DNA from: Candidatus Midichloria mitochondrii IricVA
GTDB lineage: Bacteria > Pseudomonadota > Alphaproteobacteria > Rickettsiales > Midichloriaceae
Direction of reading: 5' to 3'
Assembly: GCF_000219355.1 (NCBI RefSeq)
Contig: NC_015722.1
Span: forward strand, 870,001 to 902,000
Length of the DNA stretch: 32,000 bases
Below the pieces are notes generated by a model. The model worked only from the letters and a program-made list of their open reading frames with translations, did no database searches and was not told where the DNA came from. This document shows positions 26,999 to 32,000 of this stretch, in pieces (the stretch's first letter is position 1; each line of letters opens with the position of its first letter). The position numbers and the translations under genes were made by a program.

Positions 26999-27916
26999 TT
27001 ATGACTTCTTCTGCTTTAAAATGGAAAATAAGATAGCGGTTAAAATCGATATTATTATTACAGATAATGATAGAAGGATAGGCACATGGTAGCCCTGGAC
27101 AGATGCTATCATTTTGCAGCCTATAAAACATAGTATTATTGATAACGCATGCTTTATATAAATAAACTTCTCTAATATATCATATAGAAAGAAGTACATC
27201 GACCTTAAGCCTAGAGTGGCAGATACATTTGAGGTTAGGACAATAAAGATATCATCAGTAATTGCAAGAATTGCTGGGATTGAATCTAGGGCAAATATTA
27301 AATCTACTTTTTCTATAATCAAAAGTACTACAAATAAAGAGGTGAAATATCTTTTGCCTTTGATTTTAACTGTGAATTTATCTCCATGCTCTTCTTCACT
27401 AATAGGCAAAAGCTTTTTAAAGAAGGAGATAAAGCCATTGTTCTGCTCTTCTTTCCTTTCTTCTTTACCCTTAATAATTCTGATGCCGCTATAAATCAAA
27501 AAGGTACCGAAGATATAAAAAACCCATTGAAATTTTTGAATCAGATAAACGCCCGTGCTAATCATTAAAAATCTCATTATAATTGTGCTTAATATACCAA
27601 TTATTAAGACCTTATGCTGAGCTTCTTGTGAGATTTTAAAATTATTGAATACTAAAATAAAGACAAAGATATTGTCAATACTGAGTGCTAACTCAACTAA
27701 ATACCCAGTTATAAATAAGGCTGTTTTCTCTAGACTAGCGTAGAGAAAGATTAGACCTGCAAATAAAAAAGCTAAGCCCACCCAGCAAGCGGTAAGGGTA
27801 CCTGCTGTCTTTACTGAAATAGTATGGGTCGAGAATTTTGAAGAGACCCCTAAGTCAAAGGCAATAGCAAAAATTATAAGGCTAAAAAATACTATCCAAA
27901 TCTCTATAGGAAACAT
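26999..27916 (-). CDS. TerC-family integral membrane protein
   Basis: ~305 aa polytopic protein with LVELALSIDNIFVFILVF and ALDSIPAILAITDDIFIVLTSN, the duplicated TerC signature. It starts 20 nt downstream of the maeB stop. Confidence 0.88.
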   Translation of the reverse strand: MFPIEIWIVFFSLIIFAIAFDLGVSSKFSTHTISVKTAGTLTACWVGLAFLFAGLIFLYASLEKTALFITGYLVELALSIDNIFVFILVFNNFKISQEAQHKVLIIGILSTIIMRFLMISTGVYLIQKFQWVFYIFGTFLIYSGIRIIKGKEERKEEQNNGFISFFKKLLPISEEEHGDKFTVKIKGKRYFTSLFVVLLIIEKVDLIFALDSIPAILAITDDIFIVLTSNVSATLGLRSMYFFLYDILEKFIYIKHALSIILCFIGCKMIASVQGYHVPILLSLSVIIISILTAILFSILKQKKS

Positions 27917-27939
27917 CACTGCCCACTGAAAGTCATAAC

Positions 27940-30171
27940 TTATGACAGTACAGCAGAAATAGCTGCAGAATTCAATATATCTGTTGCAGAAGAGCCCATT
28001 TGTACTATTTGCACTCTTTTACTTAACCCACATAGAATAGGGCCTATTAAAGTAGCCCCTCCAAATTCCTGCAAGAGTCTGGATGAGATATGAGCACTAT
28101 GCAAAGCTGGCATAATTAAGATGTTAGCAGGCTTTGATAATCTGCAAAAAGGATAAAGCTTTAATAAGGACTGATTAATGGCAACATTTGCAGCCAGCTC
28201 TCCATCATATTCGAAATTAACTCTCCTTTTATCTAATATTGCGACAGCTTCTCTCATCTTTTGTGACTCTTTCCGCTGAGGGTTGCCAAAAGTTGAAAAA
28301 GAAATAAAAGCAATCCTCGGGTCGTAACCTAAATTTCTAACCTCTTCAGCGGCTTGTACAGCTATATCTGCTAGGGTTTCAGCAGTGAGCAGCTCATTTA
28401 TCGCGGTATCTGCCACAAACAGTACTTTATCTGGTTTTGAAAGAATGGAGAGAGCAAAAAGTGGTTGATTGTCAGCTCTATCAACAACTTTAGTAACGCT
28501 TTCTAAAGTTGAAAGATAGCCATGGTCGAGACCTGCAACCATTGCATCAGCTTCACCATTTGCAAGCATTGATGCTCCAAAGAGGGTTAAGTCGTTAGTA
28601 GTATACTTTTTACAATCAGCTTCTGTCATCCCCTTTCTTTGCATTCTTTTGTATAGAAATTCAATATATTGCTCTGCTGCAACCTTTGCTGGGTTTATGA
28701 CTTGAATTTTATTCTCTTCCTTGGAAATAACTTGATAAACTTTATTCTCTTCTCCAACTATAATTGCTTCTCCATACCCATTTTTACACCATTCAAGAGC
28801 GGCTTTAACCATAGCTATGCTATCACCAGCAAAAATTACTTTTTTCCGGTTATTTCTGAGTCTGGAAAAGAAATTATTAGTAATACTGGTCACAGGACTA
28901 AGCCTTGCTGCAAGTCCCATTTTATATTCGAAAAAATCTTCAATAGATTTTTTTGCAACTCCAGAATCCATGGCAGCTTTAGCAACAGCCGCTGGAACTT
29001 CTCGTATTAGTCTTGAATCGAACGGTACGGGAATTATATAATCTGGACCAAATTTATGGGCTTTACCTGCATAAGCAGCCATAACTTCTTCCGTTACTTC
29101 TTGTCTTGCAAGTGCAGCTATTGCATTGGCTGCTGCGATCTTCATTTCTAAATTAATTGTGGTGGCTTGGGTATCGAGAGCTCCTCTAAAAATATAAGGA
29201 AAGCACATAACATTATTTACCTGGTTATTGTAATCGGAGCGTCCTGTAGCAACGATTGCATCATCTCTTATGGAGTGAACATCTTCTGGCGTTATTTCTG
29301 GTTCAGGATTTGCCATAGCAAAAATGATTGGTTTTTTAGCCATAGTGCTCACCATCCCTTTGCTTAAGGCCCCTTTGACCGAAAGGCCTAAAAATACGTC
29401 AGCTCCAGCTACCGCTTCTGCTAATGTTTTTTTATCTGTATCTACGGCATGAGCAGTCTTCCATTCATTCATCCCTTCAGTTCTGCCTTTGTAAATAACC
29501 CCTTTAGTGTCACAAAGAATTGCATTTTTTAAGCCCATAGACTTTAATAATCCTATACACGCAATTGCTGCAGCTCCTGCGCCATTTACTACTACTTTCA
29601 TATCTGCAAACTTACGCCCAGTAATATAGGCTGCGTTAATGAGCCCAGCCGCTGCAACGATTGCAGTACCATGTTGGTCATCATGAAAAACCGGTATATC
29701 GAGCAATTCTTTTAATTCTCTTTCAATTATGAAGCACTCTGGTGCTTTGATGTCTTCTAGATTAATCCCGCCCCAGCTCAAGCCAATATTTTTTACGGTA
29801 TTAATAAATTCTTTGGGATCTTCAGTGTTAACTTCTATGTCAATTGAATCAATATCTGCAAATCTTTTGAAAAGTACAGCTTTGCCTTCCATAACAGGTT
29901 TAGACGCAAGAGCACCAAGGTTGCCAAGACCGAGAACGGCTGTCCCGTTTGAAATAACAGCAACAAAATTTCCTTTCGAGGTGTATTCGTATGCCAAACT
30001 TTTGTCTCGTTGAATTTCTAGGCATGGTGCAGCGACGCCAGGAGAATAAGCGAGAGCTAAACTCCGCTGATTTACCAAAGGCTTAATCATATCAAGGCCA
30101 ATCTTTCCCTTTTTACCGGCGGAATGAAAATGTAAAGAATCCTTATAAATTTGATTGTTACTCACGCTCAT
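27940..30171 (-). CDS. maeB: NADP-dependent malic enzyme with C-terminal phosphotransacetylase-like domain
   Basis: ~743 aa from ATG 30171. Motifs LALAYSPGVAAPC, VFHDDQHGTAIV and VVNGAGAAAIA, followed by a PTA-like C-terminal half. Confidence 0.93.
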   Translation of the reverse strand: MSVSNNQIYKDSLHFHSAGKKGKIGLDMIKPLVNQRSLALAYSPGVAAPCLEIQRDKSLAYEYTSKGNFVAVISNGTAVLGLGNLGALASKPVMEGKAVLFKRFADIDSIDIEVNTEDPKEFINTVKNIGLSWGGINLEDIKAPECFIIERELKELLDIPVFHDDQHGTAIVAAAGLINAAYITGRKFADMKVVVNGAGAAAIACIGLLKSMGLKNAILCDTKGVIYKGRTEGMNEWKTAHAVDTDKKTLAEAVAGADVFLGLSVKGALSKGMVSTMAKKPIIFAMANPEPEITPEDVHSIRDDAIVATGRSDYNNQVNNVMCFPYIFRGALDTQATTINLEMKIAAANAIAALARQEVTEEVMAAYAGKAHKFGPDYIIPVPFDSRLIREVPAAVAKAAMDSGVAKKSIEDFFEYKMGLAARLSPVTSITNNFFSRLRNNRKKVIFAGDSIAMVKAALEWCKNGYGEAIIVGEENKVYQVISKEENKIQVINPAKVAAEQYIEFLYKRMQRKGMTEADCKKYTTNDLTLFGASMLANGEADAMVAGLDHGYLSTLESVTKVVDRADNQPLFALSILSKPDKVLFVADTAINELLTAETLADIAVQAAEEVRNLGYDPRIAFISFSTFGNPQRKESQKMREAVAILDKRRVNFEYDGELAANVAINQSLLKLYPFCRLSKPANILIMPALHSAHISSRLLQEFGGATLIGPILCGLSKRVQIVQMGSSATDILNSAAISAVLS

Positions 30172-30355
30172 TGAATTTTTCCTCACTTAAATCACGATAA
30201 TAATTTAATTCTATCAATAAAAAACATCCAGACAAATACTGACTATATAAGTTTTTTTATGCTGCATCGCAGCAGCTTTTCAAAATATTTTGAGTATCAA
30301 AAACTGATTGAGAATTAAAGTTTAATTATATTATAAGATACTAAAAACTATTTTT

Positions 30356-31759
30356 ATGAACATCTCTATACACCAACATTATAAATTTGCTAGTGAAATT
30401 ATTAGGGCATACGATATTAGAGGAATATTTGGAGAAAATTTAAAAGAAGAAGATGCCTTTTTTCTAGCACTAAAGTTGTTACAAGCAAGAAATAATCTAA
30501 AGTTAAAGGGAAAGGTGTGTATTGGATATGATGGAAGAATCAGTTCACCAATTCTCTATAGCGCTCTTTTAAAAGGCATGATGACAGAAGACGTAAAAAT
30601 CATTGACTTGGGGTTAGTTCCGACACCTGTCTTATATTTTGCGGCTAATTACTTTATTGATATCGATATAGCCGTTATGATAACTGGCTCTCATAACCCA
30701 GCTAATCATAACGGCTTTAAAATTATGTTAAATGGAAAGACTCTTTTTGGACAGAATCTCAAGGATTTAGCTGATCTAGAAATTGTTGACTCTCAGGGCG
30801 GCCAAACTCAGACGGAGGTTATAAAATCTGATGTTGAGTCAACGTATCTCACCGTATTGCGAAACTTGATCTCTATTAATAATAATTTGAGGGCGGTGTG
30901 GGATCCAGGCAATGGTGCAGCTTGCAATATCCTAAAAAAGTTGATTAAGCATTTGCCTGGCGAGCATTTAATAATAAATGAAGAAATAGATGGGAGTTTT
31001 CCAGCACATCATCCAGACCCGAGCAGGGCGGAAAATCTACAACAATTGATAAAAAGAGTAAAAGAAGAGGGTTATGACTTTGGTATAGCATTTGATGGTG
31101 ATGCAGATCGATTGGGGGTTGTGGATAGTAAGGGAAAAATATTATTTGGTTCTCACTTATTATATATTTTTGCTTGTGACTTACTAAAAAGGAATCCACA
31201 TGCAACAATTCTCACTGATGTAAAAATGAGTGCTTTAATAATGAATGCCCTCAAAAAATTAAACTGTAATTTAATACAGTATAAAACTGGGCATGCCTTA
31301 ATTAAGACCAAGATGAAGGAAGTGAACGCAATGCTTGCCGCAGAAATGAGTGGTCATATATTTTTTGCAGAGAATTATTATGGCTTTGATGATGCGATTT
31401 TTGGCGCCTGTAAATTTTTAGAGATCGCATGTCATGATCGTAGCCTTATAGAAAAGAGTTTGCAGGTAACTGAAAGTGTATTTGCTATCTCTGACCGCAA
31501 AATTAGTGCCAATTCATTACAGAAAGAAAAATTTATTAATGCAGTCAGGTCTTCTTTGCAGCAAAAAAATTACCAATTTAGCGAAATAGATGGAATTAGA
31601 GTCGACCTAGAAGACGGCTGGTGGCTTGTTAGAGCTTCAAATACGGAAGATGCAATATTATTTGCCGGTGAAGCACATAATATGCATGTAATTTCAGAAA
31701 TTAATAAAGTATTTGATCAGTTATTAAGTATAGGAAGCAACGCAGCAGGTATAACTTGA
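30356..31759 (+). CDS. Phosphomannomutase/phosphoglucomutase (alpha-D-phosphohexomutase family)
   Basis: 467 aa. Active-site loop MITGSHNPANHNGFK, metal site FDGDADRLGVVD and sugar loop AEMSGHIFF. Confidence 0.9.
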   Translation: MNISIHQHYKFASEIIRAYDIRGIFGENLKEEDAFFLALKLLQARNNLKLKGKVCIGYDGRISSPILYSALLKGMMTEDVKIIDLGLVPTPVLYFAANYFIDIDIAVMITGSHNPANHNGFKIMLNGKTLFGQNLKDLADLEIVDSQGGQTQTEVIKSDVESTYLTVLRNLISINNNLRAVWDPGNGAACNILKKLIKHLPGEHLIINEEIDGSFPAHHPDPSRAENLQQLIKRVKEEGYDFGIAFDGDADRLGVVDSKGKILFGSHLLYIFACDLLKRNPHATILTDVKMSALIMNALKKLNCNLIQYKTGHALIKTKMKEVNAMLAAEMSGHIFFAENYYGFDDAIFGACKFLEIACHDRSLIEKSLQVTESVFAISDRKISANSLQKEKFINAVRSSLQQKNYQFSEIDGIRVDLEDGWWLVRASNTEDAILFAGEAHNMHVISEINKVFDQLLSIGSNAAGIT

Positions 31760-31859
31760 AAAGTCGTCGCGCCAAAGTTCAATACGCGCCTCGTGAAGAC
31801 TTTGCATGCTCCTAGCCATCTTTTAAGTTTCCCGTCGTCTATGGCAATTCTTCTAGAGG

Positions 31860-32000
31860 TTATATAAACCAAATATGTTCTAGAGTTATATATATATCTT
31901 CAAATTCCCCTGAATCATCATTTATCACATCTTGCTTCAGCGCGCTTGCGCCCTCAGGATCATAAAGATCGTTATCAGTTTTAGTAGGATCATCTTCCTC
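31860..32000 (-). CDS. 3' end of an unidentified gene running off the window (acidic C-terminus)
   Basis: The frame is open from the window edge: EEDDPTKTDNDLYDPEGASALKQDVINDDSGEFEDIYITLEHIWFI, stop 31862-31860. No motif recognised. Confidence 0.3.
   Translation of the reverse strand, partial: EEDDPTKTDNDLYDPEGASALKQDVINDDSGEFEDIYITLEHIWFI

Overview
AT-rich, gene-dense bacterial window. The gene content (bcp, folK-folP, lysC, an LptF/G-type permease, ccmF, xseA, mltG, clpB, a TerC-family protein, maeB, PMM/PGM), heavy pseudogenisation and IS debris suggest a reductively evolving intracellular alphaproteobacterium, Rickettsiales-like. That placement is inference only. About 13 genes look intact. 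The clearly dead genes are phaA-phaB, an APH/ChoK-fold kinase, an FG-GAP repeat protein and an unknown ~260-codon gene. A ~3.3-kb G+C-richer island downstream of clpB holds a frameshifted class II fic, an APH(6)-type kinase, a tspO stub and unclassifiable remnants. One IS1-family element occurs in three decay states (full length but frameshifted, 5'-truncated, internally deleted), and there is one IS982-family remnant. Two near-identical IS1 segments lie inverted around clpB plus the island. The most unusual content is a five-ORF minus-strand chain (10499 to 5783). It starts with two ~475-aa FliD-like ORFs that are consecutive halves of one ~950-aa flagellar cap protein with four flagellin-IN-type motifs, separated by what a single 1-nt indel would explain. 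A helical ORF in the fliS position follows, and its stop overlaps the folK start by 1 nt. There is one partial tRNA at the left edge, no rRNA and no CRISPR array.
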